From an uncultured virus (IMG/VR IMGVR_UViG_3300047548_000197) (lineage: Duplodnaviria; Heunggongvirae; Uroviricota; Caudoviricetes): a DNA stretch of 64,000 nucleotides. Positions 9,868 to 19,985 of the stretch are shown here, one piece after another. The position numbers and the translations under genes were made by a program. The stretch lies in the IMG/VR virus record IMGVR_UViG_3300047548_000197; one strand, 5' to 3'. Under the pieces are notes generated by a model, which did not search any database, was not told where the DNA came from, and saw only the letters and a program-made list of their open reading frames with translations. The stretch's first letter is position 1; the number at the start of each line of letters is the position of its first letter.

Positions 9868-10121
9868 TGGCTATTACTATTTCCAATCCAGCCGATCGTA
9901 AAAAGATCAAAGACGCTATTCAAGAGATTAGCAATTCAATGCTACGTATGGAAGCTGAACGTGATCTAATTAAAGAGATCGTAAAAGAAGTTTCTGCTGA
10001 GCATCAGATTCCCAAGAAGATTCTTGCAAAAATTGCCAAGACTTTCCACAAGCAGAACCTGACTCAAGAAGTTGCAGACCACGAGGACTTTGTAGACCTG
10101 TACGATACAGTCACTAAGTAA
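9867..10121 (+). CDS. dsbA: T4 DsbA-like dsDNA-binding protein
   Basis: 84-aa helical protein with KTFHKQN motif, near rnh as in T4. Confidence 0.65.
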   Translation: MAITISNPADRKKIKDAIQEISNSMLRMEAERDLIKEIVKEVSAEHQIPKKILAKIAKTFHKQNLTQEVADHEDFVDLYDTVTK

Positions 10122-10208
10122 CCCTTAATTCCGTAGGGTTATTACAAATAGTTCTTGTCTTTTAAGGCTATTTGGTGTATAATATGTTATTATTTGAGGA
10201 ATAATCCT

Positions 10209-11312
10209 ATGGCTATTAATGCAAAAAAGCGTGCAAAGGCTCATGCAACTCTTAACAAAACAGTTGATGAGCCGATGCTCGACCAAGAAAAATATGTCGT
10301 TTCCATTACGCAAGCACTGCAATGGTACTCGCTGAATGTTGATGAGAAACGCCATCGCAAGTATGCTATCGAATACTTTGCAAAACTAGGCAAGAAAGCT
10401 GAAGTTGTTGCCATCGACAAAGCAAGTGATTACGATGTGCGCCAACTTGGTATTCTGTGTCGTCTTGTTACCAATGGTAATACTCTGAGTGATCAACACA
10501 TGCAGCGTATCGAAACTATGGTGGCAGACATTGTCCGTAAGGCTGGTCGTCCTGTCAAGGTCAAGACTACAGAACAAGAAAGTCCAGTTGTAACCCAACC
10601 ATCTATTCAAGAACGAATGGACGAAAAGGCACACGAACTGGCTGGTGAGATCGAAGGTGCCATCGACGACTTTACCACAAATAAATCTACTGACTTTTCG
10701 ACAAAGAACTATCTGTTGTCCAAAGAAGTTTCTGCGCCCATTGCCAAACGTATTGGTGACTTTTTCGTTGGTCGTGCACAAGAGTTGCGCGAAGCCCTTG
10801 AAGGTGACGACAAGCAACTTGTTGAAGGTTACTCCAACTTCACTAAACGCGAGTTGAAGAAGTTTGCCGAGTTTATGGAAACTATCATCGGTGACTGTAA
10901 TCAGCAAGTACAAACTGCCAAGGCTAATCGTGCTCCACGTAAACGCAAACCAACATCACCAACCAAACAAGTTGCTCGCATCAAGTACATGCGCGAGTTC
11001 CCTGAACTGAATCTAAAGTCTTGCAAGCCAGAAGAAATTATTGGTTCCAGCGAACTGTGGGTCTATAATACCAAGTACCGTAAGGTTCAGGTGTACAAAG
11101 CCGAAGGTGCTCTGGCTGTCAAAGGTACTACAATCATTGGATTCGATATCAAAGAGTCCAAGTCTATGACTTTGCGCAAGCCAGAAGAATTCTTCAAGGG
11201 TCTTTCTATGGGCAAACGTGCACTGAATGGTGCGTTGAAGAAACTGACTACCAAACCGACTGTGCCCAATGGACGCATCAATGAAGAGTGCATCTTGCTC
11301 GGAGCGTTTTGA
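10209..11312 (+). CDS. Conserved T4-like hypothetical protein
   Basis: Long ORF with own promoter cassette; ends NGRINEECILL. Confidence 0.75.
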   Translation: MAINAKKRAKAHATLNKTVDEPMLDQEKYVVSITQALQWYSLNVDEKRHRKYAIEYFAKLGKKAEVVAIDKASDYDVRQLGILCRLVTNGNTLSDQHMQRIETMVADIVRKAGRPVKVKTTEQESPVVTQPSIQERMDEKAHELAGEIEGAIDDFTTNKSTDFSTKNYLLSKEVSAPIAKRIGDFFVGRAQELREALEGDDKQLVEGYSNFTKRELKKFAEFMETIIGDCNQQVQTAKANRAPRKRKPTSPTKQVARIKYMREFPELNLKSCKPEEIIGSSELWVYNTKYRKVQVYKAEGALAVKGTTIIGFDIKESKSMTLRKPEEFFKGLSMGKRALNGALKKLTTKPTVPNGRINEECILLGAF

Positions 11313-11962
11313 TGGAGTTTACTTATATCGAAGATGGTATTGACGCCATCGTTGTTGATAACTTCTACACGCCAGATCAACTGGCAGAGATAAAGACTGA
11401 ATTGAATTGGTTGACCAAACAATCAATCTTTTCAGGTGAAGGCGATCTTGCTCCAGCTACTATTGATGGAATTCCGCTAACATCTAAACGTGGTGTGTTT
11501 CTGGAAACTGTTTTTCGTAACTGGAAACATTCTGCGTTGATCTCGCATTCAATGCGTCAGATGTCTGATCCGCAGTTTATAGAGCGTGTTTTATCATACA
11601 ACTCTTTGTATAAAACTCTATTCGCTTGTAACAGTCGTGCTCACTTGCTTTCATATTACGAGAACTGCGACTACTATAAACCACATACAGATTCTTTCTT
11701 TTATACAGTGTTGACATATTTTAACACAGAGCCAAAACAATTTTCTGGCGGTGAGATAGTTCTTAAGTCTCATAACTCTACAAAAGAAGCTACTATTGAA
11801 CCTGTGAATAACAGGATTGTTATAATTGCTTCATGCACATTACACGAAGTTAAAGAACTAAAATCAGATCTGAATAATACATACAGTGGCGATGGTAGAT
11901 ACTGTAATGCTATTTTCTTGACACACATTGACCAAAGGCAAATTCAAAATGATTCTAATTGA
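11312..11962 (+). CDS. 2OG-Fe(II) oxygenase
   Basis: YKPHTD, FSGGE, LHEV, RYC motifs. Confidence 0.85.
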   Translation: MEFTYIEDGIDAIVVDNFYTPDQLAEIKTELNWLTKQSIFSGEGDLAPATIDGIPLTSKRGVFLETVFRNWKHSALISHSMRQMSDPQFIERVLSYNSLYKTLFACNSRAHLLSYYENCDYYKPHTDSFFYTVLTYFNTEPKQFSGGEIVLKSHNSTKEATIEPVNNRIVIIASCTLHEVKELKSDLNNTYSGDGRYCNAIFLTHIDQRQIQNDSN

Positions 11963-12842
11963 TTATTCCCAAGTATCTCTGGCTACTATCCTAACGTTCA
12001 AACGAGAGCTAAAGGGTACTGAGTCTGAGATTAAAAACCTTATTCGTCATGTGACCTTGTCCACCATTAAGTCGTACAAGAAAAAGTACGGCAAAGAGTT
12101 TGGCGATGTTGTTATTTGCTGCGATGGACGTCAGTACTGGCGCAAAGAAGTATTTGCGCACTACAAAGCCAGCCGTAAGAAAAACCGCGATGCTTCTGAT
12201 CTTGACTGGAAACTTATCTTCGATACACTTAGTGAGATGCGCGAAGACTTGGTCAAGTATTTTCCTTACAAAGTCATTCACGTAGATCGCGCCGAAGCTG
12301 ACGATGTTATTGCTGTGCTGACGAACTGGGTTCAAGAAAACGAATTGATCCAGCAAGGTTTGATGGAAGAACCACAAAAGGTTTTGATCCTGTCGTCAGA
12401 CAAAGACTTTAAACAACTGCAGTTGAAGATGGATGTCAAGCAGTGGTCACCAATGGTCAAGAAGTTTATCACTGCCAGCAAGACTGAGATTCAGCACTGG
12501 ATGATCGAGCATATTGTTAAGGGTGACTCTGGTGATGGTATTCCAAACATTCTGTCTGAAGACGATGTGTTTGTTAAAGGTGAGCGTCAAAAGACTGTAT
12601 CAGCCAAACGCCTAGACGAGTTCTTGGAAAGGGGTGTTGATGCTTGCCGTACAGACCAAGAACGAACTAACTGGGATCGCAACAAACGCTTGGTTGATTT
12701 CTCTTACATTCCTGAAGATGTTAAGAAAGATATCGTAAACGCTTATCTAAATAGTAAGCCTTCTAAGGATAGAATGGCTATTATGACATACCTAATGGAT
12801 AACCGTTGTCGTCTGCTTTTGGACGAGATTGAGGAATTTTAA
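11949..12842 (+). CDS. rnh: T4-type RNase H (5'-3' exonuclease)
   Basis: ILIDYSQ, YWRK..YKASR, EADD, SSDKDF, GDSGDGIPN. Confidence 0.95.
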   Translation: MILIDYSQVSLATILTFKRELKGTESEIKNLIRHVTLSTIKSYKKKYGKEFGDVVICCDGRQYWRKEVFAHYKASRKKNRDASDLDWKLIFDTLSEMREDLVKYFPYKVIHVDRAEADDVIAVLTNWVQENELIQQGLMEEPQKVLILSSDKDFKQLQLKMDVKQWSPMVKKFITASKTEIQHWMIEHIVKGDSGDGIPNILSEDDVFVKGERQKTVSAKRLDEFLERGVDACRTDQERTNWDRNKRLVDFSYIPEDVKKDIVNAYLNSKPSKDRMAIMTYLMDNRCRLLLDEIEEF

Positions 12843-13286
12843 ATGAGAAAATATATCACCCAGTTGTTAGAGGACATCAATGATGATCCCAAAAAGCTGG
12901 AACAATATGCAAAAGACCAAGTGTACAGTAACACACTCAAGGTCTTGTTTGAGAATGCTTTTGATCCTGCTAAAAAGTGGATCTTGCCAGAGGGCGAGCC
13001 ACCATTCAAACCTGCTGCTGAACCACTTGGTATGACGCCAAGTAATCTGTACGGTGAGTTGCGTCGTTTGTATGTGTTTACCAGAGCAGACTTACATGCA
13101 GTCAAACGTGAGTCGTTGTTTATTTCTTTGTTAGAGGGTGTACACCCAAGTGAAGCTGAAGTGTTGATTGCTGTTAAAGATCAAACACTACATAAAAAGT
13201 ATCCCAAGATTACTAGAAAGCTAGTAGAATCTTGTGGCTTTATTCCTGCTTTGCCTAAGAAAGAAAAAGAAAGTGCAACATCTTGA
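12843..13286 (+). CDS. Conserved T4-like hypothetical protein
   Basis: LPEGEPPF...RESLFISLLEGVHPSEA. Confidence 0.75.
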   Translation: MRKYITQLLEDINDDPKKLEQYAKDQVYSNTLKVLFENAFDPAKKWILPEGEPPFKPAAEPLGMTPSNLYGELRRLYVFTRADLHAVKRESLFISLLEGVHPSEAEVLIAVKDQTLHKKYPKITRKLVESCGFIPALPKKEKESATS

Positions 13287-13488
13287 GGATGAAGACAGAG
13301 ACTTTTTACTTTTCTTGTTGGGTTTAGAGCACGACGAGTTTGCCATGATGTTGAATGCCATGACACAACAAGATGCGATGAGAGTGTTAGTCATGATTCA
13401 ACAAGCCAAAGACGAGTTGTTTGACGATCATATGGAGAAAAACGGGATGCCCGAAGCCAGAGACATTCTGGCTAAAATAATGTATTGA
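13273..13488 (+). CDS. Hypothetical protein
   Basis: GTG start overlapping the previous stop region. Confidence 0.55.
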   Translation: MQHLEDEDRDFLLFLLGLEHDEFAMMLNAMTQQDAMRVLVMIQQAKDELFDDHMEKNGMPEARDILAKIMY

Positions 13489-13538
13489 CTTTATACACTA
13501 CATGTTGTATAATAATTTAATAATGTATGGACTAATAA

Positions 13539-14342
13539 ATGTTATTCTTCTTTAAGAAAAAGAAAATTGTAGTAGACTGCTTCACTTATTCTGACGCAGC
13601 TTACCAATTATATAAAATTAGAAAAGCCACAGTCTTTTATCCAGAAGAGTGGAAAAAGATGTCAGCTTGGGTAGAAAACCCACCTATCGACAGAGGCACG
13701 GGAATTAAGATTCCAATGCCAACTATCAAGCAGTGTACTGGTATTAACAAGCTGTATAAACAAGGTGCTATCATACCTCTTTGGTTAGACTTTATTATGC
13801 AACCAAAGACAGCTGCTGAAGGTAAAACAAAACTTGGTATGACTGAGCCAATGTTTGCTGAGCGTATCATCCCACACCCAAGATCTCAATACCCTGGATT
13901 CTTAGAGAATTACATCCACGTTAAAATTAGCAGCGTTTGGAATCTTGTAGAAAAGTCAGGTGTTAATTTTGTTTGGTTGCCTGCTCTGTACAATCTAAAT
14001 GCTCTTGCCGAACACATTATCATTCCACCTGCCATAACTTACTATGATTGGCAAGCTCAAACTAACCTTAATATGTTTGTGCATAAGAATGCACCTGACA
14101 TGACACTAAAGGCTGGTACGCCAATGGTTCAGATTGTTCCAATGACTGATAAAGAAGTTGAGTACAAGTGCCACTTGGTTGGGTTTGAAGAGTACACTTC
14201 TAAGAACACGATCCCTCAACATTTCCCATCAGTAATGGGTGTTAGAAATAATCGCTTTATGAAGGACAAAGCTACTGCTGAACGTCTAGACAAACTAGAA
14301 CAGCAAGAGTCCAAGTGTCCATTTGGGTTTGGTAAGAAATGA
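13539..14342 (+). CDS. Hypothetical protein (beta-rich, ends KCPFGF)
   Basis: 267-aa ORF with TTGACT/TATAAT promoter upstream. Confidence 0.7.
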   Translation: MLFFFKKKKIVVDCFTYSDAAYQLYKIRKATVFYPEEWKKMSAWVENPPIDRGTGIKIPMPTIKQCTGINKLYKQGAIIPLWLDFIMQPKTAAEGKTKLGMTEPMFAERIIPHPRSQYPGFLENYIHVKISSVWNLVEKSGVNFVWLPALYNLNALAEHIIIPPAITYYDWQAQTNLNMFVHKNAPDMTLKAGTPMVQIVPMTDKEVEYKCHLVGFEEYTSKNTIPQHFPSVMGVRNNRFMKDKATAERLDKLEQQESKCPFGFGKK

Positions 14343-14767
14343 AACAAAAGTGGATTAACGCATTCATGGACACAGCTGAACGATTCGCTCAGCTGAGTTC
14401 TGCAAAGCGATTACAAGTTGGTGCTGTTGTCGTAAAAGATGAACGCATCACATCAATTGGTTATAATGGCACACCTGCTGGATGGGACAACAACTGTGAA
14501 GAACTTGTTCACAGAATCGCTGAAGAGCCGATTCTTAAAACTAAACCAGAAGTGATCCATGCAGAAGCCAACGCTATTTCTAAGTTGGCTAAATCATCTG
14601 AGTCTGGTGCTGGCTCTACTATTTTTATCACTCATGCCCCATGCGTTGAGTGCGCTAAATTAATATACGGTGCTGGCATCAAGCATGTCTACTACCGTAA
14701 CTCATACCGCAATGATGACGGATTGAATTTTTTATCTAAATGTAATATTGAAACGGAGAAAGTTTGA
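14339..14767 (+). CDS. cd: dCMP deaminase
   Basis: GYNGTP, HAEANAI, PCVEC motifs. Confidence 0.93.
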   Translation: MKQKWINAFMDTAERFAQLSSAKRLQVGAVVVKDERITSIGYNGTPAGWDNNCEELVHRIAEEPILKTKPEVIHAEANAISKLAKSSESGAGSTIFITHAPCVECAKLIYGAGIKHVYYRNSYRNDDGLNFLSKCNIETEKV

Positions 14768-15639
14768 AGAATTACTTGATCGCTTTACTGTTTGCTTTTG
14801 GCACAGCCCATGCAACAGAAACTATTAAAATTTACTCACCATATAGTCCAACACATTCTGGTACACCAGCAATGTACAAGATTATAGAGACAGCAAACCG
14901 TAGTCAAAACATCTATAATTTTGTTTTGGAGTTCAAGCCTGGAGGCAATCAAATCATTGCTCTCAAGTCTATGGATGCCAACAGTCTTGGTATCATTGCT
15001 CCAGCATTTGTAGAAAATGTAGCTGCTGGTAAGGTCAAAGAGTCAGATTATATTCCTGTTCATGCTCTTGGTGATGCTTGCTGGACTGTTATTACTAATG
15101 GACCAATCAATGTCAACAAAGAGTTGACCGTTGGTGGTGTTGGATTCGGTAATGCTGCGCACCTGACTGCTCTCGCTCTTGGTGAGAAGTACAAGTTTGA
15201 TGTCAAGTACATTGTGTTTAAATCAAACAATGATGCGCTGGTCAATATGGCAGGTAACAATGGTATTTTTATGGTTATCGATCGTCATGAAGCATATGAA
15301 TCCATGAAGATCAAGAATTCTAACTTACAAGCATTCGCTGCTTCTTGTCCAACACGTATTCCCACTGCGCCAAATGTCAAGACCCTAAAAGAAATTGGTA
15401 TTGATGCACCTTACGTGTTCAACATCACAGTTGCTTCAAAGTCTATGGATGAGACTCGTCGTAAAGCAATTAGTATCATTCTTAATGATGCACAAGCCAA
15501 GGTTGGAGCCGATGAAATCTTTAAAGTTTCTGGTATGAAAGTTCCTGCTGTTACACCAGAACAATTCTACACAAAGTCTATTGGTACTGTTAGACGTTTA
15601 CAAGAAAAGTATCGCGATAAAATTGAGGCTTCTAAATGA
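14764..15639 (+). CDS. Divergent Bug/TctC-like periplasmic substrate-binding protein
   Basis: Signal peptide; EFKPGG, GNAAHL, PNVKTLKEIGID. Confidence 0.7.
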   Translation: MKNYLIALLFAFGTAHATETIKIYSPYSPTHSGTPAMYKIIETANRSQNIYNFVLEFKPGGNQIIALKSMDANSLGIIAPAFVENVAAGKVKESDYIPVHALGDACWTVITNGPINVNKELTVGGVGFGNAAHLTALALGEKYKFDVKYIVFKSNNDALVNMAGNNGIFMVIDRHEAYESMKIKNSNLQAFAASCPTRIPTAPNVKTLKEIGIDAPYVFNITVASKSMDETRRKAISIILNDAQAKVGADEIFKVSGMKVPAVTPEQFYTKSIGTVRRLQEKYRDKIEASK

Positions 15640-15986
15640 CATTAGAACAAATTGTATCAGCAACCTTAGTATGGGTTGTTCTTTGTGCCATAGTATTCAC
15701 ACACTCGAACTGGGGTAAAATCCGCGATTGTTTTGCCATGTGGTTTACTCGTGAGTACTGGACAAACTATAACACAGTTGAGTTTGCCAGCTGGACTGCA
15801 AAGGCTGTTATTATAATTCCTGGTCTTATTTTTGGTATCCAAATTTGGTGGTTATACTTCTTTACTCTAGCTACATCCCTAACTCTTATCTGGGCAAGTA
15901 ACAAGAAGCTGCTGCCAACCTTAGTTGGATTCAATGTTATCTGGGCTTGGATCTCTTGTATGGTTTTGGCGCAACACTTGCTATGA
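15636..15986 (+). CDS. Small membrane protein
   Basis: Several hydrophobic helices. Confidence 0.7.
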   Translation: MTLEQIVSATLVWVVLCAIVFTHSNWGKIRDCFAMWFTREYWTNYNTVEFASWTAKAVIIIPGLIFGIQIWWLYFFTLATSLTLIWASNKKLLPTLVGFNVIWAWISCMVLAQHLL

Positions 15987-16297
15987 TTGTACCTACACTA
16001 AATGGATGGGTTTGGAATATTTCTTTCTACCCATGTTCTGCTGATAATCGTAGAACAGTAAAGAATATTTTTTGGTATGACTCGTCAACTGATCTAGAGT
16101 TTGTTAAGCACACAGAAGAATATCAGATAGTCTTACCAGAGTTCACAATCATCGGATCTCTAGAAGAAAAAAGTATAGTCAGGAAAAATCTTGATTATAT
16201 CTGGAAGAATAAAATTCAAGTTGTACACCAAGTAGGTGACGATTGGCGAGTTTCTTTACCCGATGCTCTGGTCGTTAATAATTTCTTAAGCATATGA
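15983..16297 (+). CDS. Hypothetical protein
   Basis: ATGA coupling with neighbours. Confidence 0.55.
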   Translation: MIVPTLNGWVWNISFYPCSADNRRTVKNIFWYDSSTDLEFVKHTEEYQIVLPEFTIIGSLEEKSIVRKNLDYIWKNKIQVVHQVGDDWRVSLPDALVVNNFLSI

Positions 16298-17313
16298 TAC
16301 TTAATTTATTAATTCATCGTCTACCTGAAGTTATTAACAGTCCAAAGATGGACAAGTTTAAAGCTGAACGATTTGACGAACTTTATCCACTGTACCAAAA
16401 ATTAGAACTTGAGCGTTATAATGCCAAGGACAATCTAATCACAGCTGGTAATATGAGTTTGTTTGCAGACCGAACAGGAACATTACCACATTACCTAAAG
16501 GTTAGTGGAGTAACACCACTACCAAAAGTTGAACCTACATTCAACAAGTCATTTAAACAAATTTGTTTAGAAACAGCCAAGGATCTAGTTGAGCGTGCCA
16601 ACGGTGAACAGATTGTTGTTTCATGGTCTGGTGGTCTTGATAGCACAACTGCACTATTTTCTCTGATGCAATATGCAGACCCAAAACAAATCTTGGTGGC
16701 TTGCAATTACTACTCTATCATAGAGTCTGGATCTGTATTCGACAAGTTTATCAAAGGTCGTGGTATTCGTTATAGTCTAAGTACACCTATGAATAATCCA
16801 GAGTTTTCTTCTGGTATCATTGTTTCTGGATATCTTGGAGATCAACTGTTTGGTAAAGTTCAAACTCTATCTCAAGAGCAGTTTACAATGAATTGGAGAG
16901 ACAGTCTAACACTAGATCAAGTTGACTGCATGGAGAAAATACTAGATAATTATCCACTAAAGGTTGAAACCTTACCAGAGTTCCAAGCGTTCATTGAACT
17001 CAATAGCAAATGGCACATGGGTCAAACTAATAGAAAACGTAACATGCCTAGTCAGATTGCTGATAGAATGTACAATTTCTACGAGACCGATGATTTCCAA
17101 CGCTGGAGTCTTGGTAACTATGAACCTAAGTTTTTGAGTTCTGATCCACTAACTTTCAAATGGCCAATTCGTTGCTTGCTGAAAGAGTTGATGGAAACGG
17201 ACTATTACTCGGCAAACAAAGTTATTCAAACATCACACTACCACATTCTAGATCATAAATGGGTTATGCTACTAGAAGACGGCACTAATCTTTACTTAAA
17301 GGATTTCGTATAA
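16294..17313 (+). CDS. PP-loop ATP pyrophosphatase (asparagine synthetase-like synthetase domain)
   Basis: SWSGGLDST PP-loop and VSGYLGDQLFG motif. Confidence 0.75.
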   Translation: MILNLLIHRLPEVINSPKMDKFKAERFDELYPLYQKLELERYNAKDNLITAGNMSLFADRTGTLPHYLKVSGVTPLPKVEPTFNKSFKQICLETAKDLVERANGEQIVVSWSGGLDSTTALFSLMQYADPKQILVACNYYSIIESGSVFDKFIKGRGIRYSLSTPMNNPEFSSGIIVSGYLGDQLFGKVQTLSQEQFTMNWRDSLTLDQVDCMEKILDNYPLKVETLPEFQAFIELNSKWHMGQTNRKRNMPSQIADRMYNFYETDDFQRWSLGNYEPKFLSSDPLTFKWPIRCLLKELMETDYYSANKVIQTSHYHILDHKWVMLLEDGTNLYLKDFV

Positions 17314-17315
17314 TC

Positions 17316-18260
17316 ATGAAGAAATTTTTACTGTTGTTGCTATTCCCAGTGCTGGCGCATGCATGGCAACCAGATTCGTCAAAACCAATTGAAGCGATTA
17401 TGGCATGGACTCCAGGGAGCGTTAATGAAATTTCCTTTAGGGTTTTGGCCAAACAAGTTGAACAAAATACAGGAGCAAAATTTGTTATTGTGAACCGTCC
17501 AGGTGCTGGTGGTGTTATTGGCACTGAAGAACTAAGCAAGAAACCAGCTGATGGTTACTTTGTCACTAACGTGTCAGTTCCAGGTATTGCTGCAATGGAC
17601 AAAGTTTCTGTTCGCGGTGAAGGCAGAACATACACAACAGACAGCTTTGTTTACCCAACTCATGTGGCATCAAGCCCATTTGTTGTAGTTGCCAAGGCTG
17701 GTGATCCAGTTAAGAATCCAAAGCAATTAGTCCAAGCCTTGAAGACAGAAAAGGTTACTATCGCTGCCAGCGGTGGTGCTAGATTAGTCTATGAGTCTAT
17801 TGCGTCTAATGTTAAGTTTGGCGATGTTGTTCGCGTAGATCACAAAGGTCCAGTTGATGCTCTTAATGATGTGGTTGGTGGACACGTAAGATTCGCTATT
17901 GTTCCAGCACTTGTTGCTAACCCTCTTTACAGAGATGGACGAGTACAAGTTGTGGCACTAAGTGGTAACACACCGCTAGTTCAGATTCCTGATGCTGCGA
18001 CTATGGATACAGCTATTCCAAAGTTCAATGTATCTGGTATGTGGGCTCTAATGTTACCTGCGAACGCACCAAAAGAAGTTGTTGAATGGTACAACCGAGA
18101 GTTCACCAAGGCTATGAAGTCTGAAGAAGTCAAAGCTGTGTTCTACGACAACCTATTGACTGAAAATAAGGCTTTACAGAACCCAGAAGCCATGAAATTA
18201 TGGGTAAAAACACGCGAAAAACAGTGGCAACCGTTGGTAGAAGCCGTTTTAGCTAAATAA
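17316..18260 (+). CDS. Bug/TctC tripartite tricarboxylate transporter substrate-binding protein
   Basis: VIVNRPGAGGVIG, KPADGY, KGPVDALNDVVGGHV, PANAPKEVV. Confidence 0.9.
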   Translation: MKKFLLLLLFPVLAHAWQPDSSKPIEAIMAWTPGSVNEISFRVLAKQVEQNTGAKFVIVNRPGAGGVIGTEELSKKPADGYFVTNVSVPGIAAMDKVSVRGEGRTYTTDSFVYPTHVASSPFVVVAKAGDPVKNPKQLVQALKTEKVTIAASGGARLVYESIASNVKFGDVVRVDHKGPVDALNDVVGGHVRFAIVPALVANPLYRDGRVQVVALSGNTPLVQIPDAATMDTAIPKFNVSGMWALMLPANAPKEVVEWYNREFTKAMKSEEVKAVFYDNLLTENKALQNPEAMKLWVKTREKQWQPLVEAVLAK

Positions 18261-18264
18261 GTAT

Positions 18265-18272
18265 TATAAATA
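18265..18272 (+). promoter_or_regulatory. T4-type late promoter TATAAATA
   Basis: Exact consensus in the intergenic region before the ferritin-like gene. Confidence 0.7.
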
Positions 18273-18353
18273 AAAGTATGAGTGCAATGTGATGTTGACA
18301 CTCAGTAAATGAGTGTTTAACTCTTTAACTTTTTAAACTTAAAGGAAATAAAA

Positions 18354-19124
18354 ATGACAGCGCAAGCAAGACCAGTAAATGAATTCCTAGATGACCTATG
18401 GGATTCTTTCAAGCCTCTACACAAGGTTGCCGAGATTCAAACTCGTCAATTCTTTGCAGAAAAGGGTCAAGACAAGAAAGAATTGGCTAACTTCTTCCAC
18501 ATCCGTTTGTCTAACGAACGTATGAACATGATCGAACTTTCTAAGAAAGTTTCTGAGCTACCAGCTTTGACAGATCCAGAAGAATGCCGTTTGCTTTCTA
18601 AGCAAGCATGGGACGAAGCAGAACACTTCCGCATCGTATACGAAATCCTTGAGCACCTAACTGGCGAGAAACCAGACCTAGAAGCTATCTGGAAAGAGTA
18701 CGGTAAAGTTGACGTTCGTATGGGCGCTTCTCTAATTCAAAAGTACGAAGCACATGATAATCCAATCATGATGCACATGTATCAGTACATGGCAGAAGGT
18801 CGTGCTGCTGAAGTTTGGAAGACTATGGCACAATGTGCTGGTGATGAATTCATCCAGCGTCGTTATGACCGTGTTGCCCGTGACGAAAAGTTCCACTCTA
18901 ACATTGGTCGTTTGATGTTGGAAAAAGTTTGTACTACTAAAGAAGCACAAGACGAAGCTCTTTCTTACGTTAAAGAAATGGTTTGGGACTTGTTCGAATG
19001 CTCTTGCACTTCACTAGGTGACTTCAAGACAGCTTCTCCAGAAGTTCAAGCTATCATGCTAGAAGCATACGGTGAACCACACCGTGATCTATGTGTTGCA
19101 TTTAACGGTAAAGAAGCAGTCTAA
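18354..19124 (+). CDS. Ferritin-like diiron protein
   Basis: Paired DEAEH and DEKFH ExxH motifs; strong RBS. Confidence 0.8.
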   Translation: MTAQARPVNEFLDDLWDSFKPLHKVAEIQTRQFFAEKGQDKKELANFFHIRLSNERMNMIELSKKVSELPALTDPEECRLLSKQAWDEAEHFRIVYEILEHLTGEKPDLEAIWKEYGKVDVRMGASLIQKYEAHDNPIMMHMYQYMAEGRAAEVWKTMAQCAGDEFIQRRYDRVARDEKFHSNIGRLMLEKVCTTKEAQDEALSYVKEMVWDLFECSCTSLGDFKTASPEVQAIMLEAYGEPHRDLCVAFNGKEAV

Positions 19125-19142
19125 ACACCGCTCTTTATTGTA

Positions 19143-19712
19143 ATGCGTATTTTGATCTCAATGAGGGATGTTCGCATCCCTCCAAATAATTTCTTGTTTG
19201 ACTGCTTGGAAAGAAGTTGGTACGACTTTCTAAGCGGTCACACTCTTATTCCACACGCCAATACTGTTACTGTGGATGAGAGCATTGAGTTTGATTGTCT
19301 TGTTCTAACTGGTGGTCCAGATTCTCTTGCACGTAACACAACAGAAAACAATCTGTTTTTGCATGCAATTAAAAGAAAGAAGCCTATCATTGGAGTCTGT
19401 CACGGTGCGTTTGTTGTGAACGAACTAACTGGTGGATCCAACGATATCATCCCAGAGTTGATCCCAGCACATGACAATACAAAGCACATGGTAGAGATGG
19501 ATGGTAAGACGATAGAAGTCAACAGCTATCATGGTCAAGTGATTCGTAAGTTAGGGTCTACAATGATTCCACTTGCAACTCATACACCAGATGCAACTAT
19601 CGAAGCGTTTCGTCATCACACCTTGCCAATTTTTGGTATCGTCTGGCACCCAGAAAGAATGGAGAATCCAGTGCTACCACAAGCAGTGCAAAATATTTTA
19701 GAAAATACTTGA
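19143..19712 (+). CDS. Class I glutamine amidotransferase-like / peptidase C26 protein
   Basis: LTGGPD, GVCHG, VNSYH, WHPE catalytic triad motifs. Confidence 0.88.
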   Translation: MRILISMRDVRIPPNNFLFDCLERSWYDFLSGHTLIPHANTVTVDESIEFDCLVLTGGPDSLARNTTENNLFLHAIKRKKPIIGVCHGAFVVNELTGGSNDIIPELIPAHDNTKHMVEMDGKTIEVNSYHGQVIRKLGSTMIPLATHTPDATIEAFRHHTLPIFGIVWHPERMENPVLPQAVQNILENT

Positions 19713-19789
19713 CTTTTTTCCGTTTCTGACGTAAAATTTGTCTAAATAGATCGAGAAGAGAAAACCTTACAGGTTGTAGGGTTTTTCAC

Positions 19790-19818
19790 TTGACTTTAAA
19801 CCAAGGATGTAGTAGAAT
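19790..19818 (+). promoter_or_regulatory. sigma70-like promoter of the leader ORF
   Basis: TTGACT-17-TAGAAT; predicted start site falls at the leader ATG. Confidence 0.7.
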
Positions 19819-19824
19819 TCAATC

Positions 19825-19959
19825 ATGTTAAAAATATCTTGTTCCAGAATGCATAAACAGCTACCGTTGAATAACGGATGGACAAGCACACGCCCATCAT
19901 TTGTCGAAGGCGCTGGTTACGCGATTGAGGATACGAAGGGTTTTGGTAAGAAGATGTAA
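19825..19959 (+). CDS. Putative attenuator leader peptide (44 aa)
   Basis: MLKISCSRMHKQLPLNNGWTSTRPSFVEGAGYAIEDTKGFGKKM; all 20 amino acids; 3' end overlaps the antiterminator strand. Confidence 0.7.
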   Translation: MLKISCSRMHKQLPLNNGWTSTRPSFVEGAGYAIEDTKGFGKKM

Positions 19960-19985
19960 GACGACTTAGATTAGGTCTCTTTACC

